Shown here piece after piece: positions 29,901-40,807 of a stretch of 56,537 bases of DNA. The stretch comes from Candidatus Jordarchaeia archaeon. Lineage in GTDB: Archaea; Asgardarchaeota; Jordiarchaeia; Jordiarchaeales; Jordiarchaeaceae. Made by a program: the position numbers and the translations under genes. Positions within the stretch are counted from its first letter, which is position 1, and the number at the start of each line of letters is the position of its first letter. Location: contig JAHQXB010000082.1 of NCBI GenBank assembly GCA_029856435.1, forward strand, positions 1 through 56,537, read 5' to 3'. Under the pieces are notes generated by a model. That model was given only the letters and a program-made list of their open reading frames with translations. It did not search any database and had not been told where the DNA came from.

Positions 29901-30899
29901 TTAGATGGGTACTTGTGTTTCGCCAATAATACTTGCAATTATTCTGTTGACTGATACTCCTTCTAGTTCCGCCTCTGGTCTCAGAATCAAACGATGGTTT
30001 AAACTCTGCTGGGCTATGGCCTTTACATCATCCGGGATGACGTATTCTCTGCCATTCAGAGCTGCTCTTGCCTTTGCGCCTTCCATCAAAACTATGGAGG
30101 CTCTGGGGCTTCCTCCCAAAAGAACCTGCGGATTTCGCCTCGTTTTTATGACGATGTCTCTTATGTACTCCATTATTTCAGGCGCTACATATACGTTACT
30201 TACCACTTTCTGCATCTTTACTAGTATGTTAGGTGAGGCCAGCGCCTTTATGTTGTCATCGCTGGCTCCCATTCTTCTTTTAAGCATTTCCACTTCTTCT
30301 TCCTCTGTGGGATAATCTACATTAAGTTTGAACAGGAATCTGTCAATCTGAGCTTCTGGCAGGGGATACGTTCCCTCCTGCTCTATGGGATTCTGTGTTG
30401 CAAGCACCATAAATGGTTTGGGAAGCGGGTGCCTCACCCCCTCTATGGTGACCTGTTTTTCCTGCATAGCTTCAAGTAGAGCGGACTGGGTTTTGGGAGG
30501 CGCCCTATTTATTTCGTCTGCCAACACAATGTTTGCAAACACTGGGCCCTCGCGGAATGAGAACTCGCTTGATTTTTGATCGAACACGTAGGTTCCCAAA
30601 ATATCCGAGGGTAGCAGGTCTGGGGTAAACTGTATCCTCTTGAACGAACAGCCAAGGGTTTGTGCAAAGGTCTTGGCCATGTAGGTTTTGGCAACGCCTG
30701 GTACACCTTCAAGTAATACGTGGCCGTCACACATTAGGGCGATGAATATGTCCTCCAGAATGTCGCTCTTTCCCACAATAAATTTATTAACTTCGCTCAT
30801 AATTTCAGAGGCTATTTTTCTCACAGCATTGACACCGCTGACTTTACGTGTCTTCTCCTCGGTTTCGGTTTCCGTCTCTTCAGACATTTCATCTAACAC
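29901..30899 (-). CDS. moxR: MoxR family AAA+ ATPase
   Basis: LEGVPGVAKT, RIQFTPDLLPSD, ADEINRAPPKTQSALLEAMQE, ATQNPIEQEGTYPLPEAQ. Confidence 0.96.
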   Translation of the reverse strand: MLDEMSEETETETEEKTRKVSGVNAVRKIASEIMSEVNKFIVGKSDILEDIFIALMCDGHVLLEGVPGVAKTYMAKTFAQTLGCSFKRIQFTPDLLPSDILGTYVFDQKSSEFSFREGPVFANIVLADEINRAPPKTQSALLEAMQEKQVTIEGVRHPLPKPFMVLATQNPIEQEGTYPLPEAQIDRFLFKLNVDYPTEEEEVEMLKRRMGASDDNIKALASPNILVKMQKVVSNVYVAPEIMEYIRDIVIKTRRNPQVLLGGSPRASIVLMEGAKARAALNGREYVIPDDVKAIAQQSLNHRLILRPEAELEGVSVNRIIASIIGETQVPI

Positions 30900-32241
30900 T
30901 CTCCAATAATCTCTGCATCTGGAAGAAAATATTCAAAAACTCATTCTTATTCATGTACAGGGTTTTTCTTTCTGCTGAAATTTCTTCACATAAATCAAAA
31001 AGCCTTCTTACCTCTTTTTCCTTTATGGTAGGATTCTTGGAGACTGCCGCTTTAACCGCCGCATCCACGCTAAAACCTTCCTTAAGGCCCAGTTGCCTCA
31101 CAAGCTCACGTTTCAAGCGGCGGTACAATAACTTAACCGCATTACCGTAAAGTTGGTACTGCGTATACCACCTCATCTTCTCGCTGAAAAACGTTTTACC
31201 CCTACGCATAAAAACTTCAGTGGGGCTAAGTGGTTCAGGCTTCTTCTCGCGGGGCAACCAGCGCCAAATACTAAAAGCTAAAAGCACAGGGTAAATGGGA
31301 GCAAGCAACCAGTTGCTCGAAGCCCAGTTAAAATATCCCATCATGTAGCCAAATATTCTGGCGTATGATGTGGCTGGAAGAGACAAATGAGTTTCATCCA
31401 CAATAATTGGATAATCAGAGCCACTTCTACCCTGAGCCAACCAATCAATTATATTACCAGCAAGAACAAGATTGTCAACTCGATTTATCATATCGTCATT
31501 AAAAATGCTTGGATCACTTACAATAACAATTCTTCCGCTGCCCACACCCATCTGACTCAAGTCGTAAGCGGCAATAACAGTCTGGGGACCAATGATATCA
31601 GGGGGGGCATCTATTGCCCTATTGTCATCCATATCAGACCAGCTCAAAATAGAGCTGGTGGCCGCCACATTTCCTGGTGGAACATTACTTAGGGTGCAGG
31701 CAAAGTTTAACAAAACCTGATTAACGCCCTGCGTAAAGGTATAGTTACCATTAAAACTAGTTATCAAGGGAGCGGTTGTCCAAGATGTTAAATTGGCGTC
31801 TGTGGGCTCATACAAGATGCGTTTTGTGAAGGTCGGCGTGGATATTCCTAGTAGGGGAAAAAGTTGTAAGAGAAGTGTTTCTGCTGTACCGAAGTCATCG
31901 GCTATCAGTAAGCCTCCGCCCCCTCTCACAAAATTAGCCAACTCGGCCACCTCAACAGGATTATAATAAATAATTGAAGGCCCAAGGATTAGGCAGGTGG
32001 AGTTGGGATATCTACTAAGAACACTTAGTGAGGATAGGAGGGGTTTAACTTCGTATCCCTTGCTGTTCATGTAAAGCCTGAACTGTTCACAGCCATTAAA
32101 CGCCGGATTATAAATTGAGAAGTCCACCCAAATGGGTGTGTTCATCGCGGTACTACTTGGAAGTAATGGTAGCAGTAGGGGGAGCCAAGCAACCACAAAA
32201 ACCACAATGTATATCGCGGTTTTAATTTTTCTCCTAGGCAA
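30889..32241 (-). CDS. DUF4350-like membrane-anchored protein
   Basis: N-terminal TM, FVRGGGGLLIADDFG, GRIVIVSDPSIF, DETH; typical MoxR operon member. Confidence 0.8.
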   Translation of the reverse strand: MPRRKIKTAIYIVVFVVAWLPLLLPLLPSSTAMNTPIWVDFSIYNPAFNGCEQFRLYMNSKGYEVKPLLSSLSVLSRYPNSTCLILGPSIIYYNPVEVAELANFVRGGGGLLIADDFGTAETLLLQLFPLLGISTPTFTKRILYEPTDANLTSWTTAPLITSFNGNYTFTQGVNQVLLNFACTLSNVPPGNVAATSSILSWSDMDDNRAIDAPPDIIGPQTVIAAYDLSQMGVGSGRIVIVSDPSIFNDDMINRVDNLVLAGNIIDWLAQGRSGSDYPIIVDETHLSLPATSYARIFGYMMGYFNWASSNWLLAPIYPVLLAFSIWRWLPREKKPEPLSPTEVFMRRGKTFFSEKMRWYTQYQLYGNAVKLLYRRLKRELVRQLGLKEGFSVDAAVKAAVSKNPTIKEKEVRRLFDLCEEISAERKTLYMNKNEFLNIFFQMQRLLESVR

Positions 32242-35200
32242 GCTTTAAACTACCTCCAGAAATAACACTATAAAGCTCTGCAAAACATTTGGCTGCCTTG
32301 TTATACTCATCCTTATCCAGAGTCTGATTACTGTACCGAGCTTTCTCAAAGGCCTGGGTGAGTCCGTTAACCAACTGCGGATTAAGGCCCTCCTTCTTTA
32401 TAACCATCAATGCAAACTCCCTTGTGGTTTCGTTGGGAGCCCTAGTAACACCCGAATACTGACTGATGACATCAATAAACATGCTATAAAGGAGCTTGAC
32501 AGCATCATTAAATTTGCCCGCGTTAACTAGGTCTTTAAGCTCAGTGAGCCTAGTCTGCAGATCCATAGGAGTAACTGTCCTCGCCTCTTCTCTAGATGCC
32601 ATTCTCCTAGCAAAATAAATCACACAGATAACACCAACAATTGCCAAAACAATTATAACAAGGAGCCAACTAGCTTGTGAACCCATCTGCAAAGCATACA
32701 ACAACATAAAAGCTAAACCTCCAAAATCGCTACTTCTCCTAACAAAAATAGTTGCATAATTAGAAGAAACATCTTCCAGAGTTAAACCAATTGTAACATT
32801 GCCCTCAGTATTACTAGCAGGATCAATATAGTAAGTATACAAAACTGTTCCCGAACTGCTAGTGACCCGAGAGCCAAGAAAAGTAGAGTTCCAACTAATA
32901 CTTATCGTCCTCCCCATTATGGGATTCCCATTAGGATCAACAGAAACACACCTTATGTCATAATTACTCCCCAGTATGCCAACACTCGGAGACTGAAAAA
33001 CCAGCTGAGCACTATTAAAAACGTGTAGCTCGGTTATACTCCAAGTGCCACTGTGAAATTCATCACCCGCATAGCTAGTATTAAGGGCAGACAAAGCATT
33101 CACAGGCAAAACTGAGAGCGCAGAACTATTCAGTGTAATATTAAACAAACCTTGGGAATCCGTAACACTGCTACTTAGGAGTATGGAACCATAATAAACA
33201 GAAACAGTTTGCCCAGAAAGAGGATTACCAAGAGCATCCCTCAACACACCAGTTATGTATGCGGACTCACTTGGCCGCACCGATCTTGACTCAACGCTCT
33301 GCTTCGCAAGCCATTCGCTTGATAAACTCTGAGAACCAACGCCCGACGAGCCAATCACTGTCCCCACATATATCTTAATTATCCTAGAAGTACTTGAAGA
33401 GTCGAAAGGTGGATTATTACTGGTAGCGTTAATAACATAGTAGTCGAGATCAAAAACGTCACCCGAAATGTATATGCTCCTGCTGAAATAACCTGAACCA
33501 TTAGTAGTTACCTGATAAGATGGACAGAGTGTCTGGTTACCTGTAAACCAAATTGTAATACTAGTATAGGGTTTCGGATTGCCATCACTGCCTAATACCC
33601 TTCCACTAACTACAATGTCAGTTCCTATGGCTGCCTCGGAAGGAGCAGACTCTATAATAATTAAACCCTCATCATAAATGTACACATTTACCCGGGAAGA
33701 ATTCACGCCAAGAATTCTATCCTGAGGGGAGCAATTAGCGAAAACTTGAACGACGCCGCTGAGTTCCCAAATAGTATTGGTAGTTGCAAAAATTCCATCT
33801 TGGCTAGTGGAGCCGGAATCAATTAATTGTATTGTACCCCCGGGTATTGAGCTATTATCCCAATAAATCGCGACATTAATGCCCTGAACTGGCGTTCCAT
33901 TATCATATTTCAAGTCGGCCGTGATACTAATTGTATCACTTTGTTTAAGTATTGTAGAATTAACTGACACGTATAGTGAGGGCCTTACGAATACCTTTAT
34001 GCCGTGTGGGTCATAGGCTGAGGTGGGTTTAGTTATGTTGAAGCCTAAATATTTTCCTGAATAGTTTGCACTGAAAATATAGTCTGTCAGGTCGAGTAAG
34101 GAGCCAGGACAGTATATTGAGAAGTTGCCATAGTTATTCGTAAAGCCGCTGGCAACTGGAGTTGATGTGCCGTTATGGTAAACTTCGATGTAGGCGTTAG
34201 GTATTCCCCTAATGGAATCATTGTTGCAATCCTGATCTGTGAGTCTCCCCTGTATTAGTACGCCGCCCTGGTTCCGAATAAGATTGTAGATGCTACCGTA
34301 GGGAGCTGTTGAGTTTGCAGACATATATTCAATGGCAGACTTTCCAGTTAGTAGTACACCGGTATAGTTTGTGGCTATTGGGTAATTAGAGATTGTTTGG
34401 TTGTATGCCTCCGCGAGGAACACTATGGGTCCTACACGAAAACTATTGTCCAGTGTGCAAGTCTGCTGGGCTAGACCGTCATTGTCCGTTATGTCATCTC
34501 CGATGGGTATTCTGTTTGTTGTTATTGGGTCGAATATGTAGAAGAAGATATTAGCACCGCTAACTGGTTCGCTGGAAGTGGCGTTGGTGAGGGTTGCGTT
34601 AATTGTGATGAGTTGTCCTCTTGATACTATTTGTGGTGTGGCGTTTAGTTCCAGTTGGTAGACACCTTGAACATTAGGGTCTGGATTGGTCCCATTTTGT
34701 GCTGGTCCGGGTGTGGGGTCGAATTGCACCCATTCGCCGCCTCCAGTGGTTGTTGGCACCCAAACTTCCGCCCAAGCATGGGCGTTTATGGCTCTGATTA
34801 TGTGCACTATTCCCAGCTGAGGATCCAGATTTACTTCTCCTCCTACGAATCCCACTACTAGCCTTGCGGATATTTGCTTTTGTCTGAGTGTCATTACAAA
34901 TGTGCTGGCGAAGTGTACACATATTCCTGTTTTGTTTTCTAGAAACCACAGTACGGGGTCTTCGCCTTGGGGTGTTCCTCCACCATTAAGCAGAATGTCT
35001 ATGGAATAGTTGAATTCTCCCCCTGTTAATCTGTTTAAAACATTCATAGCTGTTTCGTAAACGTTTGCGCCATTAGGTATACTATTTACAAAGTTTGTAA
35101 AGGTGCTATTCGTGGCCAAGTACTGGGGAACCTGCCCATAGATGCTTCTTATGTTGGGGGGTGTGTTATAGGGTAAGCCTGCGCTATTTCTAACGGCTTC

Positions 35201-35917
35201 TAAATTAAAGGGGTAACTTGCAACTGTATATTTTAGTGTTGAAAGTCCTGACCTCGCATAGTTTCCATTGAGAAGAGTGCTGTTATACTGGTCCATACTG
35301 ATGTTGAATGAGTTGAGGTCTCCCTGCAAAGTTTCTATCAGGTAATCTGAGGCGTTTATTATTGTGTAGTTTGCAAATAGTGCAGGTATCATGGTGGTAG
35401 ATGAAGCTGCGTGGGTAAAATTCATGTAGACTGTATATAGTTCCGCAGATGGAACATTACTTATTGGATTGTGTGGGTAGGACCCTGTTAGCGTTTTATT
35501 CCAGTCCATGTCATAGTGGTCGTATGCTTCCAGCCTCCAATAGCGGGTAGGATAGGTGGCATTGTCTGGATGAACCATGAACACTATCATGTTTGGGTCT
35601 ATTAGGCCATAGTTGAATAATTCCATTGGCGGAATTTCTATCGTATAGGTTATGTTGGGCAGGATTGGAGTGGTATTGAAAAGGTTGTCAAACCATTCTC
35701 TAGGTAGTTCTGGGGGAGTTATGGTAATTGTGATGGGGGTTATCCAGGGATAGTATATTTGACGTATGTTTGATACTGTGATGTAGTTTAGTCCCTGTTG
35801 TAGATAGGGGTTTTGTAAACTTAATATGAAGTATGTTCCTCCTAAGCCAAGGAGTAATAGGAGGAGTAGGGCTACTGCGATGAGGGCTTTTCTTCGGGAG
35901 ACCATGTTTCCACTCAC
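32234..35917 (-). CDS. Large transglutaminase-like cell-surface protein with Ig-like repeats and DUF4129-like C-terminus
   Basis: YWRLEAYDHY, GICVHFAS, HAWAEVW, WVQFDPTP; N/T-rich beta repeats; TM; ETTREF..FEKARYS. Confidence 0.88.
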   Translation of the reverse strand: MSGNMVSRRKALIAVALLLLLLLGLGGTYFILSLQNPYLQQGLNYITVSNIRQIYYPWITPITITITPPELPREWFDNLFNTTPILPNITYTIEIPPMELFNYGLIDPNMIVFMVHPDNATYPTRYWRLEAYDHYDMDWNKTLTGSYPHNPISNVPSAELYTVYMNFTHAASSTTMIPALFANYTIINASDYLIETLQGDLNSFNISMDQYNSTLLNGNYARSGLSTLKYTVASYPFNLEAVRNSAGLPYNTPPNIRSIYGQVPQYLATNSTFTNFVNSIPNGANVYETAMNVLNRLTGGEFNYSIDILLNGGGTPQGEDPVLWFLENKTGICVHFASTFVMTLRQKQISARLVVGFVGGEVNLDPQLGIVHIIRAINAHAWAEVWVPTTTGGGEWVQFDPTPGPAQNGTNPDPNVQGVYQLELNATPQIVSRGQLITINATLTNATSSEPVSGANIFFYIFDPITTNRIPIGDDITDNDGLAQQTCTLDNSFRVGPIVFLAEAYNQTISNYPIATNYTGVLLTGKSAIEYMSANSTAPYGSIYNLIRNQGGVLIQGRLTDQDCNNDSIRGIPNAYIEVYHNGTSTPVASGFTNNYGNFSIYCPGSLLDLTDYIFSANYSGKYLGFNITKPTSAYDPHGIKVFVRPSLYVSVNSTILKQSDTISITADLKYDNGTPVQGINVAIYWDNSSIPGGTIQLIDSGSTSQDGIFATTNTIWELSGVVQVFANCSPQDRILGVNSSRVNVYIYDEGLIIIESAPSEAAIGTDIVVSGRVLGSDGNPKPYTSITIWFTGNQTLCPSYQVTTNGSGYFSRSIYISGDVFDLDYYVINATSNNPPFDSSSTSRIIKIYVGTVIGSSGVGSQSLSSEWLAKQSVESRSVRPSESAYITGVLRDALGNPLSGQTVSVYYGSILLSSSVTDSQGLFNITLNSSALSVLPVNALSALNTSYAGDEFHSGTWSITELHVFNSAQLVFQSPSVGILGSNYDIRCVSVDPNGNPIMGRTISISWNSTFLGSRVTSSSGTVLYTYYIDPASNTEGNVTIGLTLEDVSSNYATIFVRRSSDFGGLAFMLLYALQMGSQASWLLVIIVLAIVGVICVIYFARRMASREEARTVTPMDLQTRLTELKDLVNAGKFNDAVKLLYSMFIDVISQYSGVTRAPNETTREFALMVIKKEGLNPQLVNGLTQAFEKARYSNQTLDKDEYNKAAKCFAELYSVISGGSLKLA

Positions 35918-36243
35918 GCGTAAGCTTTCCCTAGGTTGTAAAATATTGTTTTTGATGATGATAAATGTTTTGAATGTTGCAGAATTCCCGTATTTGAAGA
36001 GTTATCGGGAAAATTATTTTTTATAAAATATTTTATTATATATAAATTTTTAATTAATATAAAGAACAATTTTCTCTTCCAAATTCTAAACACAAACGAT
36101 TTCAACAAATATACTTTGTATTAGCTGGGTGAAATTTTTTTGAGAATTTGGTTTAAACTCTTAAAATGAATAGGGTAATAATTTAAGGAAATTTTGCTAC
36201 GTTTAAATGTCAAAGGTTTCCAGTTAAGTTTTATTTCCAGAGG

Positions 36244-37329
36244 ATGTTACCTATGGGCGAAATTGACATCATGTTCAGTGATGAAATGGGAAAATATGAT
36301 TTTGGTCCAGGGCATCCTTTCAGGGGCGATCGTTTTACAAATTTCATTGAGCGTTTTAGGGAAGAACTTTTAAGGGAGAGGTCGAGGTTTGAGATTGTGG
36401 AGCCTAGGTATGCCACTGACGAAGAAATATTAACAGTTCATGACCCAGACTACGTGGAATATGTTAAAAAAACAGCAGCCAGAGGTGGCTTTCTGACGCT
36501 TGATACCCCTCTCTCTCCAGGGATGCATGAACAAGCCAAACTTGTTGTGGGAGCCGCCCTAGAAGGCGCGCAGAGAGTTATGAATAGCAAAGCTTCAAAA
36601 GCTATAGTAATTGGGGGAGGGATGCACCATGCCGGGGTTGATTATGGTGGGGGATTTTGCATCTACAATGACGTTGCGATTGCTGCTAAAATGCTTCTTG
36701 AAAAGTACAAGTTGGAGAGGATACTTATTCTTGATACTGATGCCCATGCTGGCAATGGGACGGAGGATATTTTTTATGAGGAGCCTCGCGTTCTTTTCAT
36801 TTCCATCCACCAGGATCCTAGGACGCTGTATCCGGGGAAAGGTTTTGTTTGGGAGATTGGTTCGGGGGAGGGTGAAGGTTACACTGTTTGTGTGCCTCTT
36901 CCCCCCGGCTCTGGCTACAATGTTTATACTTTGGTTATGGATGAGATAGTTGTGCCCTTGGCCCGGGAGTTTAAGCCTCAAATTATATTTAGGAATGGGG
37001 GCAGTGATCCTCACTTTGCTGACACACTTACTAATCTTGGCCTTTCTATGAAGGGGTTTAATATGCTTGGTAGATATGTGCGTGAGATGTGTGAGGAACT
37101 TTGTGGGGGCAAAGAGCTGGACTTTATTGGGAGTGGATATAATCCCATAGTTTTGCCTAATGCTTGGACTTCCATAATTTTGGGTCTGGCTGGCATTGAC
37201 AGGGTTTTGCCCGAACCCATCAATCCTCCCTCTTGGCTGGACGATCCTGGACTTGTAGAGTACACTAAATCCAAGGTGGTTGGGGAGCTTAAATCAATAT
37301 TAAAGGATTACTGGGACTGTTTTAGATAA
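36244..37329 (+). CDS. Histone deacetylase family protein (class I/AcuC-like)
   Basis: GPGHPF, GGGMHHA, GFCIYND, DTDAHAGNGT, GSDPH, GSGY. Confidence 0.92.
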   Translation: MLPMGEIDIMFSDEMGKYDFGPGHPFRGDRFTNFIERFREELLRERSRFEIVEPRYATDEEILTVHDPDYVEYVKKTAARGGFLTLDTPLSPGMHEQAKLVVGAALEGAQRVMNSKASKAIVIGGGMHHAGVDYGGGFCIYNDVAIAAKMLLEKYKLERILILDTDAHAGNGTEDIFYEEPRVLFISIHQDPRTLYPGKGFVWEIGSGEGEGYTVCVPLPPGSGYNVYTLVMDEIVVPLAREFKPQIIFRNGGSDPHFADTLTNLGLSMKGFNMLGRYVREMCEELCGGKELDFIGSGYNPIVLPNAWTSIILGLAGIDRVLPEPINPPSWLDDPGLVEYTKSKVVGELKSILKDYWDCFR

Positions 37330-37383
37330 ACTTTTTAATCGATTTGATGTAATTGTTGGTTTGAGGGTTGCATTGTCTGTGTC

Positions 37384-38742
37384 GTGGGGATAGCCTTGAC
37401 TACCAGTAGGGAATTGGCGGCGGATATGCTTACAAGGTATGAGAGCAATAGAAAAAATGCCTCTCTGCGCAGCATTTTCTACAATATGATGGAGGAGGCT
37501 AATGTTGCAGATGTTGCTGTTAGGTCAAGTAGTTATGGCCTGCTTCTGGAGACTGTGAAGCGTCTAAATACCATCGACTACCTCCTTATCAGGTTTATTA
37601 AGAAGAAAAAGTATAGAGAAATGGATCCCTTTCTGCGTAATATTCTTAGAATCGCCACCTTGGAGCTGAAGTTTAACTACGAGTCTACGATTCGAGTAGA
37701 GGACATAGTTTACAAGCTTGTGGCAAATAGGCTTAATGAGGAAGATGCAAAATATGTAAAGAAGGTTCTTAAAAACGTTAAAGCCTTTAATTTTGAAGAA
37801 TCTCTAAGTAGATTAAGTCAAAATGAGCAGATAAGCATCAAATATTCCCACCCCACCTATCTGGTTAATAAGTTTGTAGATCTTTTTGGTTTCGATGAAG
37901 CAATAGAATTAATGCAGAAGAATAACCAGAAAAAGGCCATTTGGCTCAGAGTAAACACTCTAAAATTTAGCGTGGAGGAAGCGGTGGAAGCACTTGAAAA
38001 AGAGGGAATCGCGGTTACAAGGGATAAACATTTTCCGGAAGCTTTGAAACTAGTTGAGACCGAAACACCCATTCCTCTAACCCCCATATTCCGAGATAGA
38101 TACATAATTATACAGGATAAAGCCAGTATGGCTGCGGTCTACGCTTTGGACCCTAAACCGGGGGAACGTATTTTGGATGCTTGCGCCGCCCCAGGGATGA
38201 AGACTTCCTTCATTTCCCAGAAAATGGGAAACACTGGTTTAATAACTGCAGTGGATAATAATAAAGCCAGGCTTAAGAAGATGGGGGAGCTGCTTGAAAT
38301 ATCTGGGGTTAAGAATGTGGAGCTCAAGTTTGCGGATTCAAGAAAATTTTCTGAGGGGGTTTACGATAAGATTCTGGTGGATGCTCCCTGTTCTTCCAGC
38401 GGTGTGATACAATCCTCTCCTGAGATGAAGTGGAGGCTGAATCAGGAACAAGTGAATATGTACTCCTCCATTCAAAAAGACATATTAAAAAACACGCTTA
38501 AACTGTTAAAAAAAGGTGGTGTATTGGTGTTTTCAACCTGTTCCCTTTTTCCAGAGGAGGGGGAAAAAGTGGTGGATACCATAAAGGACAAGGTTACCTT
38601 TGTCAGGCCCAAAATTTTGGGGTCAGAAGGTTATGAAGGTTATGAGTTTTCTTCGAAAGTAAAAAGACTGTTTCCTCACAAACATGACACTCTAGGATTT
38701 TTCATATGTAAAATGAAACTTGGCACAATTAGAAATCCTTAA
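37384..38742 (+). CDS. RsmB/NOP2 family RNA m5C methyltransferase with NusB-like N-terminus
   Basis: IQDKAS, DACAAPGMKT, DAPCSSSG, FSTCSL. Confidence 0.93.
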   Translation: MGIALTTSRELAADMLTRYESNRKNASLRSIFYNMMEEANVADVAVRSSSYGLLLETVKRLNTIDYLLIRFIKKKKYREMDPFLRNILRIATLELKFNYESTIRVEDIVYKLVANRLNEEDAKYVKKVLKNVKAFNFEESLSRLSQNEQISIKYSHPTYLVNKFVDLFGFDEAIELMQKNNQKKAIWLRVNTLKFSVEEAVEALEKEGIAVTRDKHFPEALKLVETETPIPLTPIFRDRYIIIQDKASMAAVYALDPKPGERILDACAAPGMKTSFISQKMGNTGLITAVDNNKARLKKMGELLEISGVKNVELKFADSRKFSEGVYDKILVDAPCSSSGVIQSSPEMKWRLNQEQVNMYSSIQKDILKNTLKLLKKGGVLVFSTCSLFPEEGEKVVDTIKDKVTFVRPKILGSEGYEGYEFSSKVKRLFPHKHDTLGFFICKMKLGTIRNP

Positions 38743-38784
38743 AGTGCATTTTAAATAATTTAGTATCAAGGGTTAGCAGCATAA

Positions 38785-39501
38785 GTGGAGAAAACTAAAA
38801 TGCGTGAAAGTAAGCGATACAAATACTGTTACCATTGTGGAACAGAAATGGAAATCAGCGACAGTTACTGCCCAAGGTGCGGCGAGGAGGCTCCCAAAAC
38901 CAAATTCTGCATCATATGTGGAAAGCAACTCGCCCTCAGCACAAAGTTTTGCATAAGGTGTGGATTTGAGCAACCACTGCCCGAAGATTTGGAAGAATTG
39001 GAAGACCTAAATAATGTCAAATACCTATTTGTTAGGGACAACGCGGGTTTAGCTCTCTATGAGAAAAGCCTTCTAAAATCAAACGAGTTTAACGCCGACC
39101 TCTTGGCGGGCTTTACAACAGCAATATCCAACTTTTCAGTGGAACTGGGCAAAAAGGGCGTTCGCGGCTTAATTTTCGAGGAGGAGAAAGGAACAACATC
39201 TAGGATGCTGGCAGAGGTAGGAGAGCATGTAACTGTGGTAGCAATGATGAACTACGAATCGCGGAGCGTAAAGAAAAAGTTGAAAACATGCCTAAAAAGA
39301 ATCGAGGAAGAATGCGCAGAGTTGTTTAAAAACTGGAAAGGCAACGTCGCAGAAATGCAGGCAAAAATCGAACCAATAATAGAAGAGGTATTTAAAGTAA
39401 GCAGACTCAAAGAATTAGAAGAACAAGAAAAAAGTAGTAAAATCCAAGAACCTACTCAAACAGAAAACGAATCTCAAATAAGGGGGGCTCAGAAGGGTTA
39501 A
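38785..39501 (+). CDS. Double zinc ribbon plus longin-like domain protein
   Basis: CYHC, CPRC, CIIC, CIRC followed by YLFVRDNAGLALY...DLLAGFTTAISNFSVEL. Confidence 0.8.
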   Translation: MEKTKMRESKRYKYCYHCGTEMEISDSYCPRCGEEAPKTKFCIICGKQLALSTKFCIRCGFEQPLPEDLEELEDLNNVKYLFVRDNAGLALYEKSLLKSNEFNADLLAGFTTAISNFSVELGKKGVRGLIFEEEKGTTSRMLAEVGEHVTVVAMMNYESRSVKKKLKTCLKRIEEECAELFKNWKGNVAEMQAKIEPIIEEVFKVSRLKELEEQEKSSKIQEPTQTENESQIRGAQKG

Positions 39502-39721
39502 ATGCTACAAATGAATAACTGTAGGAAGTAGAACCTTTCCAAAGAATTCCAAATCACGGCATGGGGAAAAGACTAGCAAAAAAGAACACTTAGAATTGAA
39601 TATCGTGGACTTATGAATGCTTCTATTTCCTTTTTGTCATAACCAGATATGGGGAAGGGCTAAATGAGGATTTTTGAGGATCCACATTCCTTGTAAAAAG
39701 GAAGTAACTTATAGATCCTCT

Positions 39722-40309
39722 TTATTTGAAAAGTTCAACTTTTGCTGTTCCTATAATTGAATTCTGTTTTCCGTAGAAGGTGTGCTCTATTTTGTTGTCA
39801 ACCTTTTTTTGCTCAAAAACAACGTTTTGCCCGTCTTTCAACCAGCCTCTGTAGGCGGCTTCGTATAGTTTCAAATTACCATCTGTAGGCGGCTCAATCT
39901 TATCAATTGTTAGAGAGGAACTTATTGTGGCAATGGGAGTTAATGCTTCTTGCCATATCTCTAGATCCAAGAATTTTTTGCCACTCTCCTCGTACTTTTT
40001 TATAACCTTAGCTTTAGAGTGCACCATGTCTCCAGGCCTAACCATGCCTCTAAACTGGACATCTATACTCTTAAGCTCTCCGTCTTTGCCTAGCCAATTT
40101 ACAATGGCCTGAATCATGTAGGCCATATCTAGGAGTCCGTGGGCGATGACACCTTTTAAACCGGCCATTACTGCAACCTGCTCATTTGTATGGATAGGGT
40201 TGCCGTCACCTGATGCTTTAGCGTACTCTACCAACTGTTCTCTTTTTATTGGTCCCTTGATGTAGGGTGGTATTTCGAATCCTACCTCTATTTCCTTAAA
40301 GCTAACCAT
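39722..40309 (-). CDS. MaoC family dehydratase
   Basis: YAKASGDGNPIHT, VIAHG, FRGMVRPGD. Confidence 0.88.
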   Translation of the reverse strand: MVSFKEIEVGFEIPPYIKGPIKREQLVEYAKASGDGNPIHTNEQVAVMAGLKGVIAHGLLDMAYMIQAIVNWLGKDGELKSIDVQFRGMVRPGDMVHSKAKVIKKYEESGKKFLDLEIWQEALTPIATISSSLTIDKIEPPTDGNLKLYEAAYRGWLKDGQNVVFEQKKVDNKIEHTFYGKQNSIIGTAKVELFK

Positions 40310-40327
40310 TTTTATTCCTCCTTTTTT

Positions 40328-40807
40328 TTAAAATCCTCCAGGTCTTATTATGAACGTGGTGGTTAAATTGGATACCCGTTCATTATTTTGATTTTTAACG
40401 GGTAGATTAATCTCCAAAAACAGCATATTATTTTTTACATAAATATTTTTTATTTCAACACATAACTCTAATTTATCTCCCGGTTTTACAGGTTTCAGGA
40501 ACTCGTATTTTTGTCCACCGTGTAACAGCCTAGATAGATCTTTGATTATTCCTTCTTCCATAACTTTTTTCAAAAAATTTGGTATTGCAGAAATCCAATA
40601 AACCGAGGTAAACGGGAGGGGTGTTAATAGTTTGCTGTCATCTTCCACATGGAATTCGGGATTTGGATCATTGGTTGCTTTGGCGTACTGTCTGATTCTG
40701 TCTCCTGTTACCTCAAAAACCACGGGTTCTAATTTCATTCCAATATATTTCCCATATTTTGATTCACTCAAAACTTTCTGCCTCCAAAAAATAATTGCAC
40801 TGACCAT
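40328..40807 (-). CDS. MaoC-like hot-dog fold partner subunit
   Basis: IRQYAKATNDPNP, LLHGGQKYEFLKPVKPGD; the start may lie further downstream. Confidence 0.85.
   Translation of the reverse strand: MVSAIIFWRQKVLSESKYGKYIGMKLEPVVFEVTGDRIRQYAKATNDPNPEFHVEDDSKLLTPLPFTSVYWISAIPNFLKKVMEEGIIKDLSRLLHGGQKYEFLKPVKPGDKLELCVEIKNIYVKNNMLFLEINLPVKNQNNERVSNLTTTFIIRPGGF

Noticed and set aside
33924-33942. Palindrome GTGATAC-TAATT-GTATCAC, partly echoed near 47930
   Set aside because: It lies inside a CDS, and a single short match is compatible with chance.
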